Assembly: GCA_002104905.1 (NCBI GenBank)
Contig: MCFE01000118.1
Coordinates: forward strand, 1 to 64,000
Length of the DNA: 64,000 nucleotides
Direction of reading: 5' to 3'
Source: Basidiobolus meristosporus CBS 931.73
Lineage: Eukaryota; Fungi; Basidiobolomycota
The position numbers and the translations under genes were made by a program. Shown in pieces: positions 23,985-37,100 of the stretch (positions are counted from its first letter, which is position 1; the number at the start of each line of letters is the position of its first letter). The notes below the pieces were generated by a model. It did not search any database. It had not been told where the DNA came from and saw only the letters and a list, made by a program, of their open reading frames with translations.

Positions 23985-26900
23985 TTCACGAGTGCATAGA
24001 CAGCCTCACCACACTTGAATAATCTCCTATGTTGAGTCTTCTAGCAACCAACAAAAACATTTCATTATGAGTCGGAGTGGTGCTTCTTCGCATGCTCGGA
24101 ATACTTGCTCTTGATCGCGTGAAAGCTAACGTATACGACGCAATGTTGCTACCATCTCTCCAAACCCCATATCAAACCCACATTTTTGAAGAATGCTTAC
24201 TTCATGCAAACCCTTCCCTCTTTATTAGTGACATATCCATATCTTTGTTGTATTATAGCATTGGTTCAGGCATACACTATTTGGCTTTTATCAAACCACC
24301 CAACAAAATATTGAATACCTAATTGATTCCTCACATGTCGCATCCACCTTGCTTTCCCTTGGTTGTTTACACTCAACAGTGGCCGAGAAATGCTCGCGCA
24401 CACATGTGACGTATTCTGCACAAGGGCCACTGCGACGCTGACTGGATTCTTGGTTCGTTGGGGGGGCATAAGTGATCCCGCGAATATCGCGGGTTCCGCT
24501 ATAATGCCGTGGAACCTCCTTTCCAGCCTAATCCATCAACGATCCTGTCCCGAGGCTCGTTCGTTGGAACCGTCTGTAACCATGACCATAGAGAAACATT
24601 GAAGGCTGGCCAGCCCTCCGCAGAGCTAGGCGAGATGTGGGCTGGGTTGGCTTCCGCGCCTACTTCAACGTAACCATCCAAAATTTTCTATCATTCCATG
24701 TGATCCGAACTGATCACGAAAAAGCATCACGAGGCCTAGGCCGGAGTATCTTCCGACTTCAGAGGCTATCTCGTTCCCTGCCCACTCTATCCTGATTGAT
24801 GTTTCCAGATTATTCAAGATCGATCATTAGAATTTAAATCAAATCATCGTTTCGAACAGTGCCAGCCTGGGCCGGCTTGGTGGACATGGGCTGCCTCCAT
24901 TCCGATACTACGAGCTTGTAGGTCGCGGTCCAAGAGGAACCCATCGCCTAGTGGCCTATTTCACAAGCATATGGTCTGCAGAAGCCTTGCCAGGATGGGG
25001 AATGGCGGGATCATCAGCGGCCTCCTTAGGCGGCTAATAGGCTGGTGGTTGGATGGAATTGAATGTGTGATAAGACCAACTGGTGGATGGAATTGGTTAC
25101 GCTGTATCGGACCTATATTTGGTGGGCCAATTTGGAAAGGCCAATCGTTTTACAGGCGGAGAGTTGCTACCAAGCCTACAAATCTTGATTTTTCTCCAAC
25201 TGCTGGTGATTAGATCATTTTTTTTCATCGGATGGAGTATGTGATTGGTGATTATGACGACATGAGCTCATCCCCGGGTATAGTATGCACAGGTTTTCAT
25301 GGGGAAGCTCACGATCGGAGAACCATCTCCAATCGCCCTTTCGGGCTGGGCCGATAACCTGGAACAACCTCAGCTTGATCCCTTCGCGTCCGCTGCATTT
25401 CCCGTATCATGCTCACAATCCCAACCCAACTGATTGTGGTGAAATGTGGTATGCTGGATGCTAATTCGATGCCTAATCCATCGCCAATAGGCCATGATTT
25501 CATCGACTTTCAGCTATCAGATTAGATGGCAAATCTCTGACAAATATGGCCACTTTGTATCACTGGGAGTTCGATTAATCGGTATCGAGAGTCCGGTTTG
25601 ATACCAAATCAAGACAAGGGGATTAGACCAACGACTGCTAAATCGTTGCCAATTCCCATCCGCCAAAGTACCCGGACGTTACCCGCATCGTGATCTTGAT
25701 CGATCTTTGATCAATGCCTACCCTTCATTTACCTCTCGATGCGTATTCCGAAGGAAAAGTCTTCCCCGGAGCAGGCGGCAAGTTGTTGGTCCCATCCACA
25801 CTTCTGGGTATGACTGGTGGGGCTGGAAGCGAAGGATTGAGCCCTCCAGAGAGAGTCTGGAATCTTTGTGCTTGGTGAAATCCCAAGCCAAGCCCTGGCA
25901 GAGATCTAACTGGATATAGTAACACTCTAACCATTTGCTGTTGCCAAAGAATCCCACCACATGATGCAGATGGTTAGCTCGAGTGAACGGTGCCATTGGA
26001 AGGGTTGCCGACTGATAGGGGCTTTCGGGACGGAGTGGATGGCTCGGCGCTGCGTTCCGTCGATATTGATTTGCCGAAACCCAGCCTGATGGAAATTCCC
26101 ATTGACTTGGAGAGAAGCGGGATTCATTTTCCATCAATCCATCCATTCGCACTCCGATGGGGTCGTCATGTATGCGAGCATCAGACCAGCATTGGCGAAT
26201 CAAATGCACCACAGGTGGTCTCTCATGAAAAGCCCATGGAATACCACCAATGGATGGCCGCTCGAGTAAGGATTTAATCCAGCTAAACGTACCCACCTCG
26301 CTCTTCCTATCACAGCGGCCATCTAAGCTCTTCCTATCACAGCGAGGCGGAGCTGATTTGGCGGTAACTGCATCGGAGAAGTGCATGGCCAGCAGATTGG
26401 GTTGGCCTGACGAATGGCGAGGTTTACCCAGGGTGCCCAGTCCAACCAATGCTTCAGCATGCACCCTCAACCCCCAAACGCGTAAATCCATGGTGCGGAT
26501 GGGGTCGAAAAAATGGCGGTGTAGCCATGGTGCCTTGTGTGTGTCCGGTGGGTAGGAGAATGGTGATCTAGAAGTGCTGACGCCAACCACCAATGAGCGG
26601 GAGGTTCCAAGCAACGCCATCTTCTGTCACGAATCGGATGAGCACTTGGTCGATCAACTGTGTGATCTAAGCGACTTTCGAAGCTTCGATTGTTCCAGAG
26701 TTGGGGGAAGGGTGTACCAAGTGGTACGGGTTGGGTTGTGTGCGAGAACTTCATCGACCCAGGCGGATATTGTTGTAGCACGATCAGATGTGCAATCGGC
26801 GGAGAACTACGGATCTTGCTTGCGTCTCCTGTTGGGCCCCAGCAGGTTCTATACGGGTGGCTCTGTACCTGGTGTAAGTACCTAGCGTTGGAAGGACGAC

Positions 26901-27899
26901 TGGAGGTGCAAGGCTCCCTGTCAGTCATCGAATGGTGCCTGAGGTGGTCGATAAGGAAATCCTTGTGGCAGATAAGGGTTCTTCGAAGCAGGCGCTGCTG
27001 CCAAATAGAAATACCAGACTTCCTGGCGGGGGGAATGGCCGTGACGCCACTTGCCATATTATGTGCCTACAGCCTGCGTGGTTAGGATCTATCTCTATGT
27101 AATCCAACAAGAGGCTTGGGTGATGAAGACGGCATGGTCTGAGGATTGGCATATCATCTAGTCTCATATGCAGCCCTATGTCCCGCCTGCGCCTGAGCTT
27201 CCAAGGTCAGCGGTGCGAATTCCAGCGGATTTCTGGCTGGCCTGCTAATGCTCTGACCAAGAATGGGTGAAGCAATGAGGGAAAGGTATTTGGAAACGAA
27301 GTCCGAAAAATTCCACAAGAATGAGCAGTGGAGTGTACCAAAGAGGTCCATTTGTAACCACTCTTAGGTGGTTAGTTGTAGTCCTCTTGGCCGCCTACCG
27401 ATCCTAGCCATATACGGATTCGACTTGACTCGATTCGACTCGACCTGATCCGGAATACTGGGCAGCGGACCTTGCAAACGGGTAAGAGCTGATCTCCATC
27501 GATTTTACCCTCTTCAAACGATGAAGGGCATACGAATCACTACAATTGGTTCGTTCCCGCCAACTCGCACACCAATCAATTCCAAACCAGTCGACCTGTT
27601 TATTCACCTGTAAACCTACAGCGTTGGGACGTTGTCCTGGGTATGGGCTGATTTCTGGGCCGCCTTCACTTTGGTAGCCATCGTACATCCTACTGAGCCA
27701 CATTCTAGCGCATCATTCTACATCTGTCGTTGATACGGTGGTAATTGACATGGAGTGTGGTCAGCTAGTAGGTAGTTGGTGCCACTGAGAGTTCATCTGT
27801 TGATCTAGCGGTTGTCACAAGCGTAGAAGTATAGGGATTGCTTGCAGAATATAGCTATGGGAATCTGGCTTTGATTCACTCTACAAAATGGCTGCTCAT

Positions 27900-28655
27900 C
27901 TGCTTGATGAGCATGGGTGGGCTTGTTTTTTTGGAGAATGCCTTAAAGTACTAGCAAACCATGCTATAGTGTCTGACACAAAGTGGCTGCATAATGGAGT
28001 CATCCAGATCCCGGACATATGCACTATATTTTTCAACGGATCTTAAAGATACTGCATGTGATAGGCGGATCCAGCATATTATGTGATGTGCACTTGATGA
28101 TCTGGTCTATGCAACCATGGCATCGATCCTTTGCAAGGTATTGGAAACTAAAGGATACAGAATATATCCAATAAGATCCCAGGAGCATGTGTGCAAAGCT
28201 TGGAGCCATATACTGAGTACCTGACATTATGGCTAAATCTTACAAGTATATTCCAGTGGAGATTATGGCTATGGAATACAAATGTGGATAGACCAGGACA
28301 GCAGTTTCTAGGCCAAAGTAAATGCCCAGATGGAGGTACAAAATCCGCAGCATATACTAACTGGCATAACTCCATTGACTAAGGCCCTAGAATTAATTCC
28401 TCATCTGGTGTATTGCTTGTGGAGCAGGTCAAGCACAGCCAGCCTAGCTATTAGTTCCTGATTTTCTCAATGCATGCTGACTTCTTTATGATAGCATGCC
28501 AGAGTTCTAATGACATCTTGTATATCTGCCTACTCATCATCATCTCACTCAGCAGCTTCCCAGTTCTCCAGTGACTCCTGATTTTCAGACTTTGCTCTAT
28601 AATTCACAGTATCTGCCTCCCATGCTGCAATAGGTTTCTTTGGATACCTAATTAT
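27900..28655 (-). mobile_element. Heavily decayed sequence, probably the pol continuation of the old Ty3/gypsy element at 42034-43500
   Basis: CpG-poor and stop-riddled. The minus-strand reading appears to continue the protease-region frame interrupted at 42034. The left boundary is approximate. Confidence 0.35.
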
Positions 28656-29274
28656 TGTTGTAAAAATTCGGAATTCCACCTAAATATTCCCCTCACTTAG
28701 TCACTTAGATCATTACCTTCAAATCCTAGAGAATACTGACCAGATTCCTTGTTGGGATTTACTTAGAATATTTACCCAGAACATGAAAATAAGATAAGTT
28801 GTCCAAACAGCCCCAAACTTTGCACACATGTTCTTGGGACCTTCCTTAACCTATTCTATGCATTTACAATGCCAAAACCATGTAAAAGTATAAATACTAC
28901 TTTTATATTCAATAAATCATCAAGTGAAAACCACATAATCTACTTGTCCTCCCAATCACTTCCAGTATCTCCAAGACTCTTACAACAGGTTACAGGCCCC
29001 AAGCTGTCACTCTCTGCAATGTCTACTACTGCTATTACTGGAATTTTTCCCTCTGCTGAAAAGTTGGATGGATCTAACTACCAAGTGTGGAAGGTAATGA
29101 TGAAGATTCTGCTACAAGAAAGAGGCCTTTGGGATATTGTCATGGGAGAAGAATGCCCTCCTAAAAACATGGGAGAGGAAGCTTTAAGTACCAGAAGAAA
29201 GGACAAAGTGCCTCTAACTGCATTTGCCTTAATGTCAAGGACAAATTGCTAATTCAATGCTCAGGAGCAAAAAC
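28656..29274 (+). mobile_element. Ty1/copia copy A: 5' LTR (28656-28987), PBS and start of gag, truncated by copy B
   Basis: LTR TGTTGTAA...TTACAACA; degenerate PBS GGTTACAGGCCCC; gag MSTTAITGIFPSAEKLDGSNYQVWK. Confidence 0.9.
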
Positions 29275-32200
29275 TTTTGTAAGAGTGTTGGAGATATTGG
29301 AAGTGATTGGGAGAACAAGTAGATTATGTGGTTTTCACTTGATGATTTATTGAATGTAAGAGTAGTATTTATACTTCTACCTAGTCTTGGCATTGAAAAC
29401 ATGTAGAATAGGTTAAGGAAGGTTCTAAGAACATGTGTGCAAAGTTTGGGGCTGTTTGAACAACTTTGAGAATTTTCATATTCTGGGTACCAAGTATTTT
29501 GGTGAAAATATTCTAAGTAAATCCTAACAAGGAATTTGGTCAGTATTCTCTAGGATTTGAGGTAATGATCTAAGTGACTAAGTTAGGTGAGTATTTAGGT
29601 GGAATTCCAAACTTTTACAACACTCCCACTCAGCTAAATGTTTATACTGACTAGTCCTAATTTTGACCTAAGATATTCATACTTGTCATTAGCTAATGGT
29701 TTGGTAAATATGTCTGCAATCATTTCATCTGTATGACAGTAAACTAAGCTAACTAAGCTATTCTCTATAGCTTCACATATGAAATGATGTCTAATATCTA
29801 TGTGCTTGGTTCTAGCATGAAAAGTTGGATTTCTACCTAGTTGTATACATCCTTGTATATCTTGAAATAAAGTAATAGGCATTTTTTGACATAGGCCTAA
29901 ATCTGTAAAAAGCTTTCTTAGCCACATTGCTTCTGTTGTAGCTTCACAGACTGCCATATACTCTGCCTTGGTGGTAGAAAGTGCTACAGTAGGTTGCTTT
30001 CTTGAATTCCATGAAATTGCTCCTTTACAGTAAAGAAAGGTGTATCCTGTGGTAGATCTTCTGTCTTCCAAATTTTGTCCCCAATCAGCATCAGAGTATC
30101 CCACAAGATCCTGTTCTGAATCCTTATGAGTGAATCTTAAGCAGACAGCAACAGTTCCTTTTAGGTATCTAAAAATCAACTTAACTGCTGCAATATGATC
30201 AGATCCATAGTTTTGATTATGTTGGCTGACAACTCCCACTGAATATGAGATATCTGGGTGTTTTCCAAGCATGATATACATCAGACTGCCAACCATAGAT
30301 TGATAAAAAAAGTCAGGGCTTTCAGATGGCACCAAGCTCTCTTGATTTGGTTGAGTCTTGACCAAGTAAGGTTTGTCTCCATTGGGGTAGCTGCCAGTCT
30401 ACAGTCATCCATTTTGTACTTCTTTAGTATATCTTGAATATACTGGACTGGCTTAGGGTAATAGTCTGGGTACTTCTGTCTATGGAGAACTTAATTCCTA
30501 AGTAGTAACTGAGTTCTCCTAGTTTGGACATCTTGAACTCCTTAGATAGGCTGGATTTAGTCTCTTCCAGTGTTTCTACATTATTAGTGGCTATAATAAG
30601 ATCACCCACATATAGAGCTAATAGAACTGGATTTGCTCTATCTGGCTTATAGTATAAACTATAGTCAGCATTACTCCTTTTGAAACTCAAAGATTGCAAA
30701 TAAGAAACTATTTTACAATTCTAGGCTCTTGATGATTGTTTGAGACCATATAGTGACTTTTTAAGCTCACAGACCAAATGTGGGTTATTTTGGTCAACAA
30801 ACCCATCAGGCTGGTTCATATACACATCCTCATCAAGTTCTCCACTCAAAAATGCAGTTTTTCATCCATTTTATAAATAAAAAACTTATATTTGGCTGCA
30901 ATAGCCAGTATTAATCTGATGGAATTAAACTTGGCTACTGGTGCAAAGGTCTCAGTATAGTCAAGTCCTTTTGCTTGAGAGTATCCTTTGGCCATAAGGC
31001 TTGCTTTGTATCTTTCAATTTTACCATCAGCCTTGTATTTTGTCTTGAAGACCCATCTGCATCCAATTGATTTTTGGTTGATTGGTGATTTGACCAAGTC
31101 CCAAGTTTGATTTTCCTTCAGGGCCTGATATTCCTCAGTCATTGCAGATCTCCAAAACTTTGTCTGAGGGCTATTTAGGGCCTCTTTTACAGTCTGGTGT
31201 TCATCAATATGGACTGAATAAGCATAGGCTAAGTTTGTACCCTCATTGATATAGAAATTTGGGCTATTTCTTGTCTGATTGGATCTCTGTGTCATGATCA
31301 CATGACTACCATGAACACCCATGCCAAGTTTCAGCTTCCTAGCTCAATTTCTAAGAGATTCCTTCTGGAACCTTCTACCACCTTCCAGAAAGTTCCTGAC
31401 CATTCCAAACCATTGTTACACAATGGAACATTCCATGGAAGCTTCCCATCATATGTTTCATAGTCCAGTACCATATATGGTAACTACATGTCACATGACC
31501 TAGTCACAAGATCAGCTGATCCCTGACATATCTCCATGTGATATGCAAGTCTGTTCTTTAGTATATTCTCTCTTGGCACACTTACTGTGCCTCACCCCAG
31601 AACCCCATCAGTATTAGCCAATATCTCTTGGCATCCATATTGCCAAAAAGTATATATAGTCCTATCCCCCCTTATGTATTCCTCAGTCTGATAAACACAG
31701 GTCTTGAATAAACAGCCTTGCCTTGGAAATCTGCCTTGCCTTGTTGATCCACACCTACGTCCTTTCCTGGTCCTGCCTAACCTAGCCCTACTCTCCTGCC
31801 TTGTGTCTATTCATAACACTCAGGGCATTTGATACTGGAATGGTCACTTCTGGAATATTCCTGGGCACTGATTCTGGCTGAAACATGGTTGTAGAGTACT
31901 CTGGAGAGAAAAAATTCTCATTGTTTTGCTCTGATTCAATCCTGACAATTGGTGGACTTGGGGTCAGATTTTTGTTGTCATCATCAGATGTCATTTTTTG
32001 TGAAAATCTCAATTTTCATCAAACAACACCTCCCTGGACTTAATTAGCTTCTTTGCTTTGGTATTGTAGAGTCTGTATGCTTTACTCTCATTGCAGTAGC
32101 CCAAAAATATGCATTTTAAACTTTTTGGCTCAAATTTTGACTGATATCCAGGTAGTTTCTTTGCATATGCTGTACACTCAAGTATTCTTAGATGTTCTGC

Positions 32201-34121
32201 ACTTGGTCTGTATTCATACCATGCTTCAAATGGAGTAGAATCACAAAGTATTCTGTTATAACTCCTATTTTTAGGATATACAGCAGTGGCAACTGATTCC
32301 ACCCAAAAATCACAGGAAAATCTTTGATCATGGATCATAGATCTTGCCATATCAATTGTTGATCTGTTAGCATGTTCTGCTAGTCCATTTTTCTGTGGGG
32401 AGTATGGTACAGTAGTCTCTTGCTATATTCCATGAATCTTGCAGAAGTGAATGAAGAGTTTGGAGGGATATTCTTCACCATTGTCAGTGTCTATTTTCTT
32501 GATTTTTTTACTGGTTTCTCTCTCAACCATGGCTTTAAACTCCTAGAACTTAGACAGAGCCTCTTCCTTTCTCTCCATGAAGTAGGCCCATGTGTATCTG
32601 GTATAATCATCAATAAAAGTGATTAAATACTTTATCCCACCTAAGGATAAATTTTGCATAGGTCCACACAGATCTGAGTGAATTAGATCTAATTTTTTTT
32701 AGTTTTGATTATCACAGAGCTCTTCAGCAGTTTTCAGGCTTGTTTCCCATATATGCAGGCTTCACAGTGCTCCAAATTAGCGGGGGGATCAATTTTTACT
32801 CCAGAAAATAGCTGATCTTTGATCATTTTGTGCAAATAATCAAAATTGATGTGCCCAAATCTCCTATGCCAAAGCATTGATGTTTCTTCATTTAATTTAC
32901 CTATACTGGCTTCCAAATATGATGGAATATAAGTCAACTTGTATAGATTCTGATCTCCAATACCCAAAGCAATATGGGCACCATTTTGATCAGTGATCTT
33001 GCATCCAGAATTGTTAAAGCTGAAACTGAGTTCTTCTGCAGTGGCCTTGCTTACAGATAGTAGGTTCTTGGCTATCTCAGGTACATAGAGTACTTCTTTG
33101 AAAGTCAGTCTATGGCTCCCTTCACTGCTTCTTAGGTTTACTTGGATAGTTCCTTCTCCCACTGCATCAAGTGTTCTATTGTCACCCATGAAAACCTTCT
33201 TAATTGGAACTTCTTGATATTGGGTAAAAAGTTCTTTTTGGTGTGTAAAGTGTTGAGATGCTCCAGAGTCAGTATACCACGTCTCAGAATCCTTGTTTGT
33301 GGTCATATTCAGTGCAGATATGAATAGTCTATTTTCAGTTGTTGCAGCATTTCCATATTCAGGCTCTTTCTACTCACTATCTTTCTTTTTGAAGTACCAG
33401 TCTGATGTGTGTCCTTTCCTTTTGCAGTAGCTGCAAAACAGGTTGCTGTTGCCTTTATTGGGTCTTGGGTACCTCTTTTGTTGGTTATCATTGCTTATTA
33501 AAGCATTCTCTTCTTCCTTCTTATTGGTGCTTGATTTTCTTAATTCTTCATCCAGGAGCCTTCCATATATGTAATTTAAGGTCAAATATTCAGTCTGGAC
33601 TCTAGGGCTGATACAAGGCTCTGAAACATGTCTGTCAGACTATTCAAGATGGTAACTATCACATCCTTATCAGTAGTAGTTACACCCACAGATTCCTATT
33701 CATCTACCAGCAGGGTAATTCTGTTAATTAAACTTCTCATTTCTTCTCCTGGCAGCATCTTTGTAGTAAAGAATTTTCATCTCAGATACATTTTCTTAAC
33801 AGCTGAACATGACTGGTAGGTGTCTTCTAATGCCTTTCAGGCATTCTTTGCCGTTTTTGCTGTTGAGCATTAAATTAGCAATTTGTCCTTAACATTAAGG
33901 CAAATGCAGTTAAAGGCACTTTGATCTTTCTTCTGGTACTTTAAGGCTTCCTCTCCCACATTTTCAGGAAGGCATTCTTCTTGCATGACAATATCCCAAA
34001 GGCCTCTTTCTTGTAGCAGCATCTTCATCATCACCTTGCACACTTGGTAGTTAGATCCATCTAACCTTGCAGCCAAGGGAAAATTCCAGTAATAGCAGTA
34101 GTACACATTGCAGAGAGTGAC
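29275..34121 (-). mobile_element. Ty1/copia copy B, degenerate; 3' LTR 29275-29622, 5' LTR and PBS deleted
   Basis: Polypurine tract GAGTGGGAG next to the LTR. Fragments in copia order: gag, protease WYTDSGASQHF, integrase, RT and RNase H ([15 protein letters not shown]). Confidence 0.92.
31290..31818 (+). mobile_element. Solo LTR (529 bp) of a different family, probably gypsy, inserted in copia copy B
   Basis: Termini TGTCATGA...TCATAACA; 5-bp TSD CTCTG/CTCAG (31285-31289, 31819-31823). The other copia copies lack the insert at this site. Contains a TATA-like tract and AATAAA, and shares an ACCATATATGGTA core with the LTRs near 55 kb and 59 kb. Confidence 0.85.
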
Positions 34122-37100
34122 CTAGCAAGGCCACTGCAGAAGGACTCAGTTTCAGCTTTGACAGTTCTGGATGCAAGATCACTGATTGAAATGGTGCCCA
34201 TATTGTTGTAAGAATCTTGGAGATATTGGAAGTGATTGGGAGAACAAGTAGATTATGTGGTTTTCACTTAATGATTTATTGAATGTAAAAGTAGTATTTA
34301 TACTTTTACCTGGTCTTGGCATTACAAACACATAGAATAGGTTAAGAAAGGTCCCAAGAACATGTGTGCAAAGTTTGGGGCTGTTTGGACAACTTTGAGA
34401 ATTTTGATGTTCTGGGTACCTGGTATTTTGGTGAAAATATTCTAAGTAAATCCCGACAAGGAATTTGGTCAATATTCTCTAGGATTTGAAGGTGATGATC
34501 TAAGTGACTAAGTTTGGTGAATATTTAGGTGGAAATACAAATTCTTACAACACTCCCACTCAGCTAAATGTTCATACTGACTAGTCCTAATTTTGACCTA
34601 AGATATTCAAACTTGTCTCTAGCTAATGGCTTGGTAAATATGTCTGCAATCATTTCATCTGTAGGACAGTAAACTAAGCTAACTAAGTTATTCTCTATAG
34701 CTTCACGTATGAAATGATGTCTAATATCTATGTGCTTGGTTCTAGCATGAAAAGTTGGATTTCTACCTAATTGTATACATCCTTGATTATCTTGAAATAA
34801 AGTAATAGGCGTTTTTTGACATAGGCCTAAATCTGTAAGCAGCTTTCTTAACCACATTGCTTCTTTTGTAGCTTCACAGGCTGCCATATACTCTGCCTCT
34901 GTGGTGGAAAGTGCTACGGTTGGTTGTTTTCTTGAATTCCATGAAATTGCTCCTTTACAATAAAGAAAGGTGTATCCTGTGGTGGATCTTCTGTCTTCCA
35001 AATTTCATCCCCAATCAGCATCAGAGTATCCCACACAATCATGTTCTGAGTTATTATAAGTGTATCTTAAGCAGATATCAGCAGTTCCTTTTAGGTATCT
35101 AAAAATCCGCTTAACTGCTGCAATATGATCAGATCCATAATTCTGATTATGTTGGCTGACAACTACCACTGAATATGAGATATCTGAACGTGTTCCAAGC
35201 ATGATATACATCAGACTGCCGACCATAGATTGCTAAGGAAAGTCAGGGCTTTCAGATGGCACCAAGCTCTCTTGATTTGGTTGAGTTTTGACCAAGTTAA
35301 GGTTTGTCTCCATTGGGGTAGCTGCCGGTTTACAGTCTTCCATTTTGTACTTCTTTAGTATATCTTGAATATACTTGGATTGGCTTAGGGTAATAGTCTG
35401 GGTACTTCTGCCTATGGAGAACTTAATCCCTAAGTAGTAACTAAGTTCTCCTAGATTGGACATCTTGAACTCCTTAGATAGGCTGGATTTAGTCTCTTCC
35501 AATGTTTCTAGGTTATTGGTGGCTATAATAAGATCATCCACATATAGAGCTAATAGAACTGGATTTGCTCTATCTGGCTTATAGTATATACTATAGTCAG
35601 CATTACTCCTTTTGAAACTCAAAGATTCCAAATAAGAATCTATCTTGCAATTCCAGGCTCTCAGTGATTGTTTGAGACCATATAGTGACTTTTTAAGCTT
35701 GCAGACCAAATGGGGGTTATTTTGGTCAACAAGCCCATCAGGCTGGTCCATATACACGTCCTCATCAAGTTCTCCATTCAAAAATGCAGTTTTTACATCC
35801 ATTTGATGAATAAAAAACTTATATTTGGCTGCAATAGCCAATATTAATCTGATGGAATTAAATTTGGCTACTGGTGCAAAGGTCTCAGTATAGTCAAGTC
35901 CTTTTGTTTGAGAGTATCCTTTGGCTACAAGTCTTGCTTTGTATCTTTCAATTGTACCATCAGCCTTGTATTTTGTCTTGAAGACCCATCTGCATCCAAT
36001 TGATTTTTAGTTGATTGGTGATTTGACCAAGTCCCAAGTTTGATTTTCCATCAGGGCCTGATATTCCTCAGTCATTGCAGATCTCCAAAACTTTGTCTGA
36101 GGGCTATTTAGGGCCTCTTTTACAGTCTGGGGTTCATCAATATGGACTGAATAGGCATAGGCTAAGTTTGTACCCTCATTGATATAGTAATTTGGGCTGT
36201 TTCTTGTCCAATTGGATCTCCGGGCATTTGATACTGGAATGATCACTTCTGGGATATTCCTGGGCACTGATTCTGGCTGAACCACGGTTGTAGAGTCCTC
36301 TGGAGAGAGAAAATTTTCACTGTTATGCTCTGATTCAATCCTGACAATTGGTGGACTTGAGATCAAATTTTCGTCATCATCTAATGTCATTTTTTGTGAA
36401 ATTTTGAATTTTCATCAAACAACACATCCCTGGACTTGATAAGCTTCTTTGCTTTGGTATTGTAGAGTCTATATGCCTTACTCTCATTGCAGTAGCCCAA
36501 ATATATGCATTTTACACTTTTTGGCTCAAACTTTGACTGATTTCCAGGCAGTTTCTTAGCATATACTGTACACCTATATATTCTTAGATGTTCTGCACTT
36601 GGTCTGTATCCATACCATGCTTCAAATGGAGTAGAATCACGAAGTATTCTGTTATAACTCCTATTTTTAAGGTATACAGCAGTGGCAACCAATTCCGCCC
36701 AAAAATCATAGGATAATTTTTGATCATGGATCATAGATCTTGCCATATCAATTATTGATCTGTTAGCTTGTTCTGCTACTCCATTTTGCTGTGGGGAGTA
36801 TGGTACAGTAGTCTCTTGCTTTATCCCATGAATTTTGCAGAAGTGGATGAAGAGTTTTGAGGTATATTCTCCACCATTGTCAGAGCGTATTTTCTTGATT
36901 TTTTCACCAGTTTCTCTCTCCACCATGGCTTTAAGCTTCCTGAACTTAGACAGAGCTTCTTCCTTTCTCTCCATGAAGTAGACCCATGTGTATCTTGTAT
37001 AATCATCAATGAAAGTGATTAAATACCTCATCCTGCCTAAGGATAAATTTTGCATAGGTCCACACAGATCTGAGTGAATTAGATCTAATTTTTTCTTAGT

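Noticed and set aside
25718-26620. 300-aa minus-strand ORF
   Set aside because: No domain, overlapping ORFs in other frames, and the upstream same-frame region has a random density of stops.
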